A DNA stretch of 64,000 nt from Sphyrna mokarran (taxonomy: Eukaryota), in NCBI GenBank assembly GCA_024679065.1, contig JAGIQG010000008.1, positions 27,590,001-27,654,000 of the forward strand. The letters are read 5' to 3'. A model generated the notes under the pieces. That model saw nothing but the letters and a program-made list of their open reading frames with translations. It was not told the origin of the DNA and did not search any database. The position numbers and the translations under genes were made by a program. The first letter of the stretch is position 1. Every line of letters begins with the position of its first letter. Shown one piece after another: positions 37,137 through 50,849 of this stretch.

Positions 37137-38005
37137 TTGACACCAAGATTGATGGTATAGTGGATAGTGAAGAAAGTTATCTCTGATTGCAATGGGATCT
37201 TGATCAATTGGGCCAGTGGGCTGACGAATGACTGATGGAGTTTAATTTAGATAAATGTGAGGGTGATGCATTTTGGTAAACTGAACCAGGACAAGGCTTA
37301 CTCAGTTAATGGTAGGGCACTGGGAAGAGTTACAGAGTAAAGAGATCTAGGGATACATATTCATAGCTCCTTGAAAGTGGAGTCACAGGTGGACAGAATA
37401 ATGAAGGTAGCATTCAGTATGCTTGGTTTCATTGGTCAGAACTTTGAATACAGGAGTTGCATCATCTTGTTGAAGTTGTACAAAACATTGGTAAGGCCAC
37501 AGTTTTTACATTGTGTACAGTTCTGATCACCCCATTATAGAAAGGATATTATTAAACTCGAAAGAGTGCAGAAAAGATTTATTAGGATGCTACCAGAACT
37601 TGATGATTTAAGTTGTAAGGAGAGGCTGAATAGACTGGGACTTTTGTCTCTGGAGCGTAGAAGGCTGAGGAGTGATTTTATAGGGGTCTATAAAATAATG
37701 AGGGATATAGATCAGCTAGATAATCAATATCTTTTCGCAAAGGTAGGGGAGTCTAAAACTAGAGGGCATAAGTTTAAGGTGAGAAGGGAGAGATACAAAA
37801 AAGTCCAGAGGGGCAAATTTTTTCATACAGAGGGTAGTGAATGTCTGCAGCAAGCTGCCAGAGGTAGCAATAGAGGCAGGTACAATTTTGTCCTTTAAAA
37901 AGCATTTAGACAGTTACATGGTTAAGATGGCTATAGAGGGACATGGGCCAAATGCAGACAATTGGGACTAGTTTGACTGTTTTCATGCTGTAAACCTCTA
38001 TGACT
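37137..38005 (+). mobile_element. HER1/CR1 3' ~870 bp
   Basis: DTKIDGIVDSEE..QKRFIRMLPEL..LERRRLRSD..SKTRGHKFKV and tail CTGTAAACCTCTATGACTC. Confidence 0.9.
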
Positions 38006-38059
38006 CAATGACCCTAAATCCTTCATCCCTTCAGGACATCCTCCCTCTCCAGCATCGCT

Positions 38060-38230
38060 AAAATTAATCATTACAGTTGACCTCTCCTTTCCAGCCTTCC
38101 TGAACTTTCCAGAACACATTACATCCAAGAATATTAGTACCCAGTCCTGCTCTTTTTTGAACCAGGTTTCCATTTCCATGTGGTGATGTGCACCTGCAGT
38201 TCTCCAAGCTTACCTATGCACTTTACTCAT
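38060..38230 (-). mobile_element. CR1 endonuclease N-terminal fragment
   Basis: METWFKKEQDWVL.. resembles ITETWLxxxQDWxLNIPGY. Confidence 0.6.
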
Positions 38231-38612
38231 TCATTCCTTCATTTCTCATGCACTTACAAGAAACAGCATAGTAAAATGGGTCACAGGAACACCGAACAAA
38301 GAAAACAAAACAACAAAATCACCAAAAACATTCCAATTATTTGTGATTTCTTTTTTGAGAGCATCAATATACAGCCATGTTCATACCTGCCCAACACAGA
38401 TTGGGAAAATCAATGACAAAAGCCAAGAATTCCATACTATTTTCATGGGTCTTTAATAATGGTCTAATTGGGGCAAGTATCGAATTTGACAAGAAAGTCT
38501 GGGGCGAATAGTGTAGTGTGGGATGGGTAACATATGCCAGGGTAAAGCCCTCTTTAATGTCAAAGACGGAGGAAATGAGAATAAGCCAAAATAGTCTGGA
38601 TTATGGCGACTA

Positions 38613-38912
38613 GGGTGACACAATTGCACAATGGTTAGCACAGTTACCAGGGACCGGGTTCAATTCCGGCTTTGGGTGATTCCATAGAATTTATACATTC
38701 TCCAGTTGCTCCAGTTTCTTCCAACAGTCCAAAATTATGCAGATTAGATGAACTGGCCATGTAGAAATTGTCTTAGTTTCCCAAGATGTGCAAGTTAGGA
38801 GGATTAGCAGGATAAATACCTGGTGTTATTGGGATAGGGTCTGAGTAAGATGCTCTGTCATTGAGTTGGTGCTGACTCGATGGCCTCCTTCTGCACTATA
38901 GGAATTCTCTGA
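38613..38912 (+). mobile_element. HE1-type V-SINE
   Basis: GGTTCAATTCC box B, V core, TGGCCTCCTTCTGCACT tail. Confidence 0.82.
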
Positions 38913-39507
38913 TGACTAAAATCTGTCTTATTCAATAAATTAGACTGCCAGTCAAAGAAGTGTATTTATTTGGTTCTTCTTTCTCTCTGTCACCATAACT
39001 TTCATATGTAAGTAGGGTTTCTGTTACAGTTACAGTGGAAAAATAGACAGGCACTGAGAAAATTCACAGTTCATTACCCCCCTAGCCTAGAGAGAGAGAA
39101 AAAAATCACAGTAGGCCACATTAGACTCTTCTGATTTGAAGAGATCCATAGTCCTGTGCCTTTAGAAGAAACAACAAGGCAATCTGTAAAATCTATTGCA
39201 ATATCAATCAGACATTTGGAGTAAGTTGAATTCTGATCACCTCAAATTCGTATGAGTCATGCCATCTCCACAGAGCCCCAACTCACAGCTCTGTATCTTT
39301 TGAAGAGGAAAAAAATAAGCTTGTCATTAATATTTCCTTTGCGTTATAAGCGCGCGCCAGATGTACACAACAGTAAATGTTTCCAGGGTATTTCCCAATG
39401 GCTCTTGATATACTCCATTAAATTGCAGTATGTCAAAGATGTTTTAAAACACAAAGAACAAGAGAATAACTAAGGAATAGAAAGGGCCAATTAGAGAAAA
39501 TAAAAGT

Positions 39508-39691
39508 AAAAGCAAAATACTGTGAATGCTGGAAATCTTAAAAATAAGACAGACTGAAAATATTCAGCAGTTATGGCAGCATCTGGGGTGACAGAAACAC
39601 TTAACATTGGGTCAATATGAGTCAAATGAACTTGAAACTTTAACTCCTTTTCTCTGTCCACAGACCTGCTGAGTTTTCCAAGCATTTTCTG
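39508..39691. mobile_element. Head-to-head pair of Penelope-type terminal repeats
   Basis: Left arm (39508-39620) is the same family as 2108 and 62036; right arm (39621-39691) is the inverted copy with GAAACTTTAACT..CACAGACCTGCTGAG. Confidence 0.7.
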
Positions 39692-39840
39692 ACCATAAAG
39701 CTAACTTTGTGTGCAAAGAATAAGAATATGGCATAGTTCTTAATGAATACTATATATCTAACTTCACATGAGAAGAGGACAGTTCACCATTATAGTTAAG
39801 CAGCAATGCTGAGAGAGGAAATATTAAGAGGTTTAGCATT

Positions 39841-40178
39841 CATAGAGCCATGGAATCCCTATAATGCAGAAAGAGGCCATTTAGCCCACTGAGTTGACAT
39901 CAACTCTCCAAAAGTGTATCTGAGCCAGGTACTCCCCTTTGCCCTATCTCCGTCACTGAGTGCATTTACCACGGCTAGTCCACCCAATCTACACATCTTT
40001 GGACACTAAGGGGAAATTCAGCATGGGCAATCCACTGAATCTGCAAATCTTTGGACTGTGGGAGGAAACCAAAGCACCCTAAGAAACCCATGCCAACATA
40101 GGGACAATGTGCAAAGTCACCCACGGCCAGAATTGAACTTTTGTGCTGTGAAGCAGCACTGTTAACCACTGTGTCATC
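39841..40178 (-). mobile_element. HE1-type V-SINE
   Basis: Reverse-complement head (CAGTGGTTAACAGTGCTGC), core and tail. Confidence 0.85.
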
Positions 40179-40746
40179 CTTGAAAGTAGGCGGATCATCA
40201 AGTTTGGGGAAAATGTACAGCTTGGGAGCAAATAGCAGAGACTATGACTATCATTATTCAATCATCTCTAGTTACAGGTGTGGAACGAGAGCACTGGAGG
40301 CTTGCTAATTACTGAAAAATATAAGTGGAGACTTTCAAGTAACAAGAAAAATAACATGCTTTTATAAATATCCCATATTTTCACATGCATACATAGAAAA
40401 AGTTGGGGGAAAAGGAATAAAGAAGGAGATGTTGAGTCATGGTACAAGTGTTAGGAGAGTCGAATACTTGAACACAAAGTACTTCCCACTGATCTTGCAT
40501 TCTCCTCATTGGATATGCTGCAGGGCGTCAGATTCAAAGGTACCAAAAACTGTACCAATCAATTGTGTACCTTCTTTAGGATATGTATAGTGGTTGTGAA
40601 ATGTTGGTACCTTTGAATTTTAATGTGGGGAAGCAGTTTGCATTTATAATGAAACTTTTTTTAAGGAACATATTAGAATAATGAAAGGTGCTTCTTTTAC
40701 CACGCAAGTACATGCCAGTAGAAGATCTCTATCTTCTGGTGGCTTT

Positions 40747-41072
40747 GAGCAGCATGATCACAGAGTGGTTAGCATTGCTGCCTCACAGCTCCAGGAGTCT
40801 GGATTCACTTCCTACCTTGGTTAACTGTCTGTGCAGAGTTTGTACGTTCTCCCTGTGTCTGTATGGGATTCCCGCACTGCCCTGGTTACTTCCTACAGTC
40901 CAAAGATATGCGGGCTAGCTGGATTGGCCATGCTAAATTGCCCCTTCGTGTTAGGGAGAATAGGAGAGTGAATAGGCAGGATTATGGGATAGGGCCTGAG
41001 TGGGATTGTTGTCGATGCAGGCTCGATGGGCTGAATGGTCTTTTTTTGCACAGTAGGGATTCTATGATTCTA
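40747..41072 (+). mobile_element. HE1-type V-SINE
   Basis: GTGGTTAGCATTGCTGCCTCACAGC head; GGATTCTATGATTCTA tail. Confidence 0.9.
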
Positions 41073-41371
41073 ATCAATAACAAAGTTAGTTGGCTTCAAA
41101 ATGTTTGGACATTGAACTGTACTTTTCAGCAAGTTGTTCATAATTGGAATATCATTCATTCTTTTCTCTGTCTGTCTGGGGAAATCTATTTGCATGACAA
41201 TCTATAAGAAGCTGAGTTTGGAACAAGTGACAGTTTACAGGTCAACATATTAGATGGTCACCAACAGCTATGGCACTTATGATTCAATATACTCAGACGA
41301 AAGAAAGAAAATTATTGGACAGAGAAAGAGACTTGGCAAAAGTTAGAGCTCCATAAAATGAAAATCTGATA

Positions 41372-41696
41372 TCTAATCCTATAATCTACAGTGCAGAAGG
41401 AGGCTATTCAGCCCATCAAGCTTGCACCAACAAAATCCCACTCATGCCCTATCCCTGTAACCTCACATATTTACCCTCCTAATGCCCCTGACACTGAGGG
41501 ACAATTTATCATGGTCAGTCAACCTAACTGCACATCTTTGTGGAGTGTGGAAGAAAACCGGAGCAACCAGACGACCATGCAGACATGGAGAACATGCAAA
41601 TTCCGCACAAACAGTTACCCGAGCTAGGAATTGAACCAGGGCCATCCCTAATGCTGTGACACAGCAGTGCTAACCACTGTGCTACAGTGCCACCCC
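41372..41696 (-). mobile_element. HE1-type V-SINE
   Basis: Full head with GGTTCAATTCC box B, V core and HER1 tail on -. Confidence 0.9.
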
Positions 41697-44636
41697 ATTA
41701 TATGGACATCTTTCTGTGGCAATGAGATAACTAAATGTAAAAATATTCTCTCTTGCTCTCAGCATACTTTAATGTTGATGTTATTTACAGGACATAATTA
41801 AATAACTGTTTAAATAAAGACATTTTAAGCATTAGCACTTTTAGGCTTTCAATCCATCAAAATGACTTTTATAAAATGTTTAGACCCTGGAAGATACCAC
41901 CACATTAGGGTATCATCTGGTAAGATTCATTTTGGAGGACTAAAAGATAGAAAATTGGGATATAATGAAGAATTTGACACATACCATTCGGGTATAAATG
42001 TAATTGTGATAATCTAACTTTGAATTGTTATTAATCCCAAATTGTATTAGACAGTATCTAATTGAATTGTAAGGTATTACCAAATGCCCAATGCAATGAA
42101 TAGTAACTTAGGCAAGCTTATTCATATTCCAGTCCAAAATAATAAGCAGAAAATATTTTTCTCCCTAAGGATAACAGACAAAATGAATGACCCAATTTGT
42201 TTTAATTAATTAATTAATATTAAAAGTTCTGGAAATGGCGCAAATGTGATTTTAAAAATCAACATGTTTAGCATTATTGGGACTATTTATGATACATATT
42301 GACAGTTTGGCTGTTGTTCTGAAGTCAACTATTAAAAGCAGACTTATCCAATGATGGTCATAGAACTGTTTCCAGCTATTAAGTTTCATTGTTAATTCTT
42401 GTTTACATTATTAAATTTCCATTTTTTGCCTCGACTTCTATCTGACATATTTTAAGACAACTTGTATATACCTCTGCCCTTACTTTCAGTAAAACTGAGA
42501 AGTAAAATGTCTTGAACAATTCTACTTTTCACACCCTCAAAAAAAAAACCACATTGAGATAGTTTGGGGTTTCTACAGCTGTTACTTATATTAGTGTCAT
42601 TTGAAAAATATTCAAGTCCCCAACTCCTGAAAGAAGTCCATCGTTAATGAAATACAGACACAGCAATGAGATCATAAAAAACATATATTTCAACAACTCC
42701 ACTTGAGCCACAATGAAAAAACACTAAGCATGAACACAACTCAAGCTAGCAGTGCCAAAACAGGAAAAAAAATAAAGAAAAATTGCCTTCTCAGATTCTG
42801 TGCATACAGTTCAAACAACTGATGCCCCTGCCCTACAACAGTCTTAACTCCAGCTCCAGCAGACTAAACAACTCAACTTGGCTAAGATAATGGTAAATAA
42901 ATCCAAATCCATGGTTACTTACAACACAACTCAATACAACTAGAAAATGTGGAGTTGATATCTTGTTACAGCACTTGCTATCATAATTTTTTTAAATCTA
43001 TTTTCTTATCATTTTAAACTTCATTATTCTGTCTCATTATTTCATGAAAAACAGAAACATTCATGGTGCGTTTAGCAAACACTCATTTTTCAGCATCTGC
43101 TATCCATAAAAGTATTCTCGCTCCATGAATACCACCTGCTATTAAGTACTAGACCAAATTTAAAGAAAAATACATCGCTTTAAAAAACAATTGCACAGGA
43201 GTATAAAGATGAGAAATGGAGGAATGGGGAAGAAATGGAAGGAAGGAAAGATTCGCTGGGGATCAAAGACCGTCTGTCAACATGTCACACCATGTGGTGT
43301 TCTGTTTTCCTAACTCAAAGTCATGCTCGAAGTTTTTAAACTTCAAACAACTGAAATACCACAACATTCATAAAGGAGAGCTGGACCACTGGGAGTAAGG
43401 AAAAAAAAACACAAAAAGGTAGTAGACCTCAACAGCAGATGGCAAAATTAACATTTCAACAATTTTAGCCTTCATCTGGATTTCCACAGTTGTGTTCGAA
43501 AAACTACAAGAATTAAAGCAAAGAAAATATACAAGCTGGATATAGGGAAAAAATAGACTGGCTTAGTAACATTAATAGTTGCTTTGAATTAAATATTTAG
43601 TTCTGTTAATGCTTTTACAGGTAATTACTTTCCATAACTTAAAGAAATACATGGTGAAACTCCCAACTGAAAGCAGTGATTACTTTTAATTTTAGTGCTT
43701 CTTTTCTGAGAGTTAAAGAGCACTTTTCATAGCTGATTCAATAGGTCAACTGAGCACATTGGCTGCAAGGCTCATCTGCAATAGACAGCTTTGCTTGTGT
43801 TACTGATTATCTGTAATTTTCAATTATAAAATCCAGTAAGTCAACCTAGACAACCTCACCAACGTAACATCATAAAGGATGGTACACTAAAGGTGTATTG
43901 CACAGCTATGAAACTTGCCAAGGGCCTTCAGTTCCTGACTTCAAATTCAGAATTCATACTTTGAGTCCAGTCTCCAGATCGTTGGAGACCAGATGTACCT
44001 TGAAAATGCATGTGGGGCCCTCTGAAATCTCAGTATAAGCACATCCCTGGTAATTATGCAGGAAGTTATGTGGCTTCTTGTTGCTGGATTTACCCTGGCC
44101 TGATTGCTCTATGATTGGTTGGAGCCATGGAGACGTGATCTAGTAGAAAATCAAGAGAAATCAGCTGGAGTGTCAACGCACTCCTGTGCCCACAGCAACG
44201 TTCACCTCCTCCCTTGCCAAAAATATTCACTTTCCCCTGCCACACCTCCTGACAGTATTTAACCCCTTCCATGCCTCAGGCAATGCTCATCCACAACTGA
44301 CCCCTGTCCAGCCAATATTGGAAAAGTCAGCGTATTCGAGGAGTCAGCGGGGTGAACATTTGTGTACGGGAGGAAGGAGAATTGTTTCAGGGGTTGAGGG
44401 GGAAGAATGCTTGTCAGGCTGAATGTGGGGAGTGGATGAAGGAGTCAGGGGACCACTGACGAAGGGTGAGGGAGAACACTGTCATAATGAGGAAGGCAGA
44501 GGAACATTATCAGGATAAGGGAGCTGATGTTAACATCATCAGTCAGGCGAGGCTATGCAGTTTTGGAGATTGATAGTACCAGTCAATCTTAAACACGCAA
44601 GTTTTTCTCTCAGTCTCAGCCTATTCATTCAAAAAA

Positions 44637-44776
44637 ATCATAGAACATTGAACCCTACAGTGCAGGCCTATCGAGTCTGCACCGAACACAATCCCACCCA
44701 AGTCCTACCCCTTATCCCCACATATTTTACCCACTAATCCTGCTAACCTACACATCCTAGGACATTAAGGAGCAAT
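44637..44776 (-). mobile_element. HE1 SINE 3' fragment
   Basis: Matches the 3' third of the other HE1 copies. Confidence 0.75.
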
Positions 44777-44923
44777 AATTGCAAGTTATTTGATTCAGAG
44801 ATACCAGCATATATTTAATAATATATTAAAATCACATTTTTACTGTGAAACAAAGCTGGAAATAGCAAAGTTGGAAACAGCAAAATTAACATGCGCTTTA
44901 GAATATTTAAACTTTTACTTATC

Positions 44924-45228
44924 ATCGAATCACAGAACCCTTACAGTGCAGAAAGAGGCCATGCAGCCTATTGAGTTGGCACTGACTCTCCAGAAAAGCA
45001 ACTGAGCTAGGACCAATCCTTGCCCTGTTCCCTTAACCCCACGCATTTACTCTTCTAAGTCCCCGTGTCTACACATGGTTTCACTAAGGGCCCTTTAACT
45101 AGGCCAATCCACCTAACCTGCATATTTTTGGACTGTGGGAGGAAACCACAGCACCTGAAGGAAACTCATTTGTGGTGAACATGCAACTCCATGTAGTCAA
45201 TCCAATGTTGGAATTGAACCACTGTGCC
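44924..45228 (-). mobile_element. HE1-type V-SINE
   Basis: HER1 tail, V core and deleted head on -. Confidence 0.82.
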
Positions 45229-45620
45229 TCAGTTCTATACTAGAATATGGCAGCTAAAATTGGGACATGGTTTGGTCCCTGTTGTGCTATGCTGAGGCCT
45301 GCCTGGTTATCTACAATAAAGGTTTCAGAGAGTGATCAGCATCCAAAGTATGGCCTTAAAAAAATGCTACCAGCTAAGTGTGTATTTCCTCTTAAGAGTA
45401 GCAATGGGTGGAACTGTTCCGATGCTAATCATAAGATTTGGGCCAAAAAAACTGACTGTTAAATTTCCAGCAATTCATCCATAACTAATCTCACTGGATA
45501 CAGTGAATCCATAATTAAACCATTTATTATTAATACCTAGTACTAGCACCCTTTGTTCAGGTACAAATGCCAATAAAAATATCAGATGATGTTATCCCAT
45601 CATTGCAGCTTGGTATAAAT

Positions 45621-46315
45621 AGGTCACAATTTGCTATGAAGTAATGATGAGCCTAATGTTATTCACCATTATTTACGGTAAATGGTACAGAAACTTCAAG
45701 TGAGAGGCATGGTTAAATGCCAAAATCCAAATGTTTGCTGAACAAGTTGTAGTACTCCGCTATTAGCTTTGCAAAATCAGCATCTCGGTGTCTGTCTTAT
45801 CTTTGACATGCATTGAATGCCATGAAGCTGCAGTATTTCTGCAGCAGGTATGAACTATATCCATTCCCAGTTATTTGGGCTAGTGCTTAATAGTGCAAGT
45901 AACCTTCTAACTATGTGATAATTGTTAATCACTGTCAATCAACTTCTCTATACTAAAAATAAACTAATACAGATGTGGTGTCTTAGTTTTTCATTTTTGA
46001 ATTTTTAAGAGATTTTATAATTCAAGTAATTCATATTTTAAATTCTTCTTTCTTACTTTTTTTTGGGTTTTTTTCTCTCCTTTAATGCAATCTTTCTCCC
46101 TCTCATTCCCTTTCGCTACCTGAATTTATATTGAATTCACCCCTCCTCCTTTAATTCCTTCCTTCCACTGTATATGTACTTAGGCTCCGGTGCCTTGTTT
46201 CCTTCACTGCATCATTATCACCTTGCACGTTCACAACTTTGCGCTGACTGGCGCAGAAGTAATTCTAACCAATGACATACGGTGTTAGATGTCTTATGCC
46301 AGCAAATTCTGGCTC
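45621..46315. mobile_element. Old non-autonomous TIR DNA transposon
   Basis: Imperfect TIRs AGGTCACAATTTGCT / AGCAAATTCTGGCTC; internal part is homologous (inverted) to 53997-54240 (AAGTTGATTGACAGT, GAGATGCTG). Confidence 0.6.
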
Positions 46316-47249
46316 AACATGCCGACTCATATTTTGAAATATACATTATATGCGTGGTATCTCTTCATGTGAAAATTCTGGCATTAAAGTCAGTTGGTAG
46401 AAACAGATAGAACTATTTCACATCCAATTTTTCTCCAAAGTCCACCAATGTTAAATCTACAGAAAAATACATTGACTTTTTTTTTTAAATGCTTTGCATG
46501 ATTTTGAAGATACCAAGTGAAACGCTTATACATTGAAGAGATTGAATTCAACGTTTGTATTGAGAAAGAAGCACATGTTCTGTAAAGTATAATTCTTTAA
46601 AGTTATCAGTGCAAAGTAACAGGCAGTACTGATGACAGTCGCTGAATCAACATATTTCTCTTTCTCTGCGCTTAAATTTGTTTCCAAAGCAAAAATGAAA
46701 CATTTAATGTCAGTTTCAATCTGAAACTTTACTTGAAAATGTGCTCTTAAAATTCACTTAAAATTTTTTTCCAATACACACGAATCGCTCAATCTTGTCT
46801 ATTATGAAAATTTCTAGACTATTCCTCAGACATTATTTATCTCCAATTTTAAGTTATCAGATGTTATGGTCATAATTCCCAAATGAAAATTTGGACGTGT
46901 CCTAGATTTAGCCTTAAGATTAGGACTCCAATTTGGACAACCATCACTTTACGCTTTCAGAATAGGCACTGAAATGTAGAACAGGGACATCACTTTTAGA
47001 CATAATGTGTATAGAAGACTAATTAATTTTTACTTACTGCCACAATAGCTCAAGTTCTCTTTACATCAAAATCATGTTGTCTGTATTCTATTTTGCATCA
47101 AGTTCAGTGCACTGTGCCTGAATATTTCAAATGTTAAAATCTCATTCAGTCTATGGGAGATGGACACACCCCATCTTGGAAACCTCCTCCAGTCCTACAA
47201 ATGTCTGGAATCTTTGGTCATCGGACTTGGTTTTACTCCTGGAACCTGT

Positions 47250-48000
47250 CAGCTATTATGGCATACTATCCATGTATCCCTTTCTCCATTATATCGTGGT
47301 CTCATGTTTCTCAGCATTCCTCTGGCCCTCCTGCACCTCCTCATCCTCCTATTCTAAGGAGGACTTCTCCGCCAGTTTACCCTCTGTCAGGGCCTTACCT
47401 TTCTGGAAAGCCAGACAGTGAAGGACTCAGCAAACTGCAATCATACGACAAACCATCTCTGGGATGTATTTCGGAAAGCCACCTGAGCGATCCCTGCATC
47501 TGTTGCAATAAGAGCTATGTTGTATCTTTCCTCAGCTGGAGTTTGAGGGTGACACAGCGGAGTCATAGCCAATGTTTTAAATGAGTAACCCATATCTTCC
47601 AGCGCCATCCCTGCAGACTTTCCAGCCCCTCGAAGTTCCCAGGCACCAGAGAGTGACTGAGGACATTGGAATCATGGCAAATCTCAGGGAACTGAGCACA
47701 CACATGGAGGATTTTCTTTCGATGGTCACACATCAATTGCATGTTGATAGATTGGAAGCTCTTGTGGGTTATGAACATCAAAGTTTGCTGTCTTGGAGAC
47801 CATATCACCACATGGGTGCAGCCTGTTGCTCTCTGCAGTTTTGAGATTCCCGAGATAGCTGCAAAACCCTTAAATCTCTGAGCATAGCTATCCTCATTCA
47901 GAGCAAAGTTTACATAATGTTGGGCCCACCTGTAAAATTGCAGCCTTGCTCTGCACTGCCATTCATTCAGCAGACTTGTGGACAACAGATACTTGGTATT
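47250..48000 (-). mobile_element. PIF/Harbinger (HARBI1-like) transposase pseudogene
   Basis: GFAAISGISKLQRATGCTHVVI..HKSFQSINMQLMCDHRKKILHVCAQFPEICHDSNVL..LQGW..WL, then MTPLCHPQTPAEERYN..RCRDRSGG. Catalytic D of DCTH and the GD motif are lost. Confidence 0.88.
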
Positions 48001-49049
48001 GTGTGTCACCTCCACTGTCTGGCTCTTTGACCCTAGCCTCCATTGATATTCAGGCTCCCTCCTACCCACGTCCCCTAAACAGTGCCTCCAGCTGGAGCTG
48101 CATACACTGATGCCTTTCCTTCCTCCTGTCTCAATGTGGTTTCTGAGAAAAGCTCCCTGAAACATTGGATCAATTTTCACTTTCACAGCCTCTCTGTAAT
48201 GACCAAAGTGATTAGAGGGTGACAAAAAGAAAGATACGATCAAGAGAACAATGGGAAAAGTTGGGCAATTAAGCTTTGGCAATTTAGATTGCATTCTTCT
48301 TCATGCTGTCTTACCCCGGGACTCTAGCACACAAAGAGATGAGCAACTTTTCATTCCACAGATGTGACATCTGGAACCCTGTGGGGGTAAGAACTTGTGA
48401 ATCACATCACTGAACCGGTCTGGCTCTGAACACCAATTTTTGACTTGGTATAACTGAACATTCAATTGCTCATAGTAAATGAATGAAATCTATTCGGCCA
48501 CTGATGAATGACATTAGTATTAACCCCTGATTTCCCTTCACTGATAGGATGGCTGAGCTGATGCAGTTCTGCCACTTTCACTATGGCCTTTATTCTCCAA
48601 GACTGCATTCCTATCTTCCACGACATGGCTGTCCAAACTTTGACAAGAGCACATTGAGTTGTGTCTAATCCTTTAAAAGCTCAAAATTCGAAATCTGGCT
48701 TGCTCTTCTCTCCTGGGCGACGGGCTCTGAGTCCTGTGTGTAATTAATCTGGACCCAGTCCAGTGTAGCAACATCAACAAATGAATATACATCCCAAGAA
48801 GTTGCCCCAAAGCCCAGCTTGGCAGTTCTCTTACATTTCATCAAACCAATGTGCACAATGTCATGTTACCTGAGTGTCAAGATGGTGGTGCCTACACCTG
48901 TTATTAACAGATAGAGTTCAACATTCTCTCCTTCAATATCCACAGGTCTCCCATTTATCTGGAGCCACATGATGTGCATCCCAATTGTTTGAAACCCAAT
49001 TGTTTGAAAAGTGGCCTGCATAAGACAGCTGTCAATTTGCCAGAGACTT

Positions 49050-49800
49050 TGAGGTGAGAGCAACCAGCCATTATGCCATGCTGCTGCTAATGAGCTGTAC
49101 ACCATTCCGCTGGGGCAGACCAGTTCCTGCCTCCATCTCCATGCCAAGCTGGCCTTCACTGACAACATCATAGTGCTGGGCTAATGGATCTTCCTGCGTC
49201 ATTGACTCAGGTCAGTATTGTGCCTGTCCCTCAGTGCCTGGCTGAACTTTGAACCTTTGCTGTGATGGCAGCATGAGTCCTGCAGCACAGAGTTGTCCAG
49301 ATAAACACTGACGTGTGGCACCAGGAGCAAGGAGACACCTGTACTCCCCAACCCTAAATGCAACACTGATCTCAGTCAATGACACAAGAGGGTCCTTGGG
49401 TCCAGCAGCAGTGTGACTAGCTGAGAAATGTAGGCAGAAACTGGTCTGCCCTGGGAACAGGGCAGTGTTGTGACAGAAAGGCTTTGCTGCACTCATCTTG
49501 AATACTCCTGTGAACTGAGGACCGCCTCATGCATGCCATTCTTTATCAACTGGGTTTCAACTGATGCAATTTTCCGCTGGCGTGACACAAGATTGGAAGG
49601 CCTGACTGGAAACTGGCGGACAATTGTTTAATGAGCACTCATGAGATGCAAATGAACATAAAAGGCATTTATGACCTCAGCCAGTGGGAAGGTTGACCCG
49701 CCATTAACCCGCCACTAGGAGAATTCCAACACGATTTTACGCTGGCAAGTTTCTGACTTATTGGCTCTCTCTAAATTCTTCACTCCTGCTGGGCACCAAA
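49050..49800. mobile_element. Non-coding DNA-transposon-like segment with an internal long inverted repeat
   Basis: 49470-49710 is homologous to 53665-53885; inverted arms at 49113-49222 and 49360-49451. Confidence 0.55.
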
Positions 49801-50849
49801 TCACCCTGAGTGTTGCACTAACCTCCAATATACCTTACAACTACTTGTAGGATCACACATTTGGCAACCATCAAAACAGCACTTCAGGTGCAAAGGTGCT
49901 ACATCACATGCTCACAGTGCCAATTTCTTCTCTTCCTGTTTAACTTGGTTCATACTGGCTGCTAGCAGCAATCTGTTTCCTTCAAACAGCCTTTAAAAGG
50001 AAACACAAGTTTTACATAAGTTCAGCCTGTATGTCTACAGTAATTTATAAGGCTGATTTTTTTTTCTTTTGGCCCTTAAGCGTTGTTGATGTGCAATTTT
50101 CCACCTCATCTTTTTGGTGGATGTCCAACACCAGAGCAAATATGGGTCAGGACCCCTATGAATAATAAATTAAAACTAATTCCTGCAATATGCTGACAGG
50201 TCAGCTTGGTGGAGAGTTGCTGAGTGATAATCTCACCACTCTAGGTCCACCAGGATAAGAAAATTTATTGTTGAAGTATGCATATTTGCATCATATGTAA
50301 CTAATCATACCTTGAACATCTGTAATGCATTGCTACCCGTTACTTTTGACTTTAAGCTAAAAATCTGTCATTTTTAAGAACTGTAAATAGGGTGGTCGAC
50401 AGCAGTAACAAGCTCAGAGCAAGATGCAACTGAATATATTATCGTACGTTTTTACATCTGTAATGGGGCCCAAGAACGGAGACGGCAATCCTAACTGAAA
50501 GAATGTCCAACAAATCTCGGAGAAGAATGTTTAGAGTCTTGTGTGTTCCCTCAGATAATTTTGAAGACTTTTGTAAAATTAAAGATTGTGGATAGTCACA
50601 ATGGCAGAAAATTGGAAAGCAGTCAGAACTGGAGATCAAGTGAGGTTCAAAAAGATATTGAAGGAGAGATATTGATGGAAAGAGAAGTAAAAATAAGCAA
50701 GGTGGCATACTTTATTTTTCTGGAATACACTATTCGACAATTATTTCAGTGTTTCACTCCTTCTGTTGATCTACACCAGATCACAACCCCAAACATCGTC
50801 CATGAATATAGCTTAAGAATACAGTTTAGGGAAGGGTTTATAGCACTGG

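Noticed and set aside
47563-48294. 243-aa ORF as domesticated HARBI1
   Set aside because: Catalytic DCTH and GD motifs are mutated, the C-terminus is frameshifted and the N-terminal part is unrelated; it is a TE relic.
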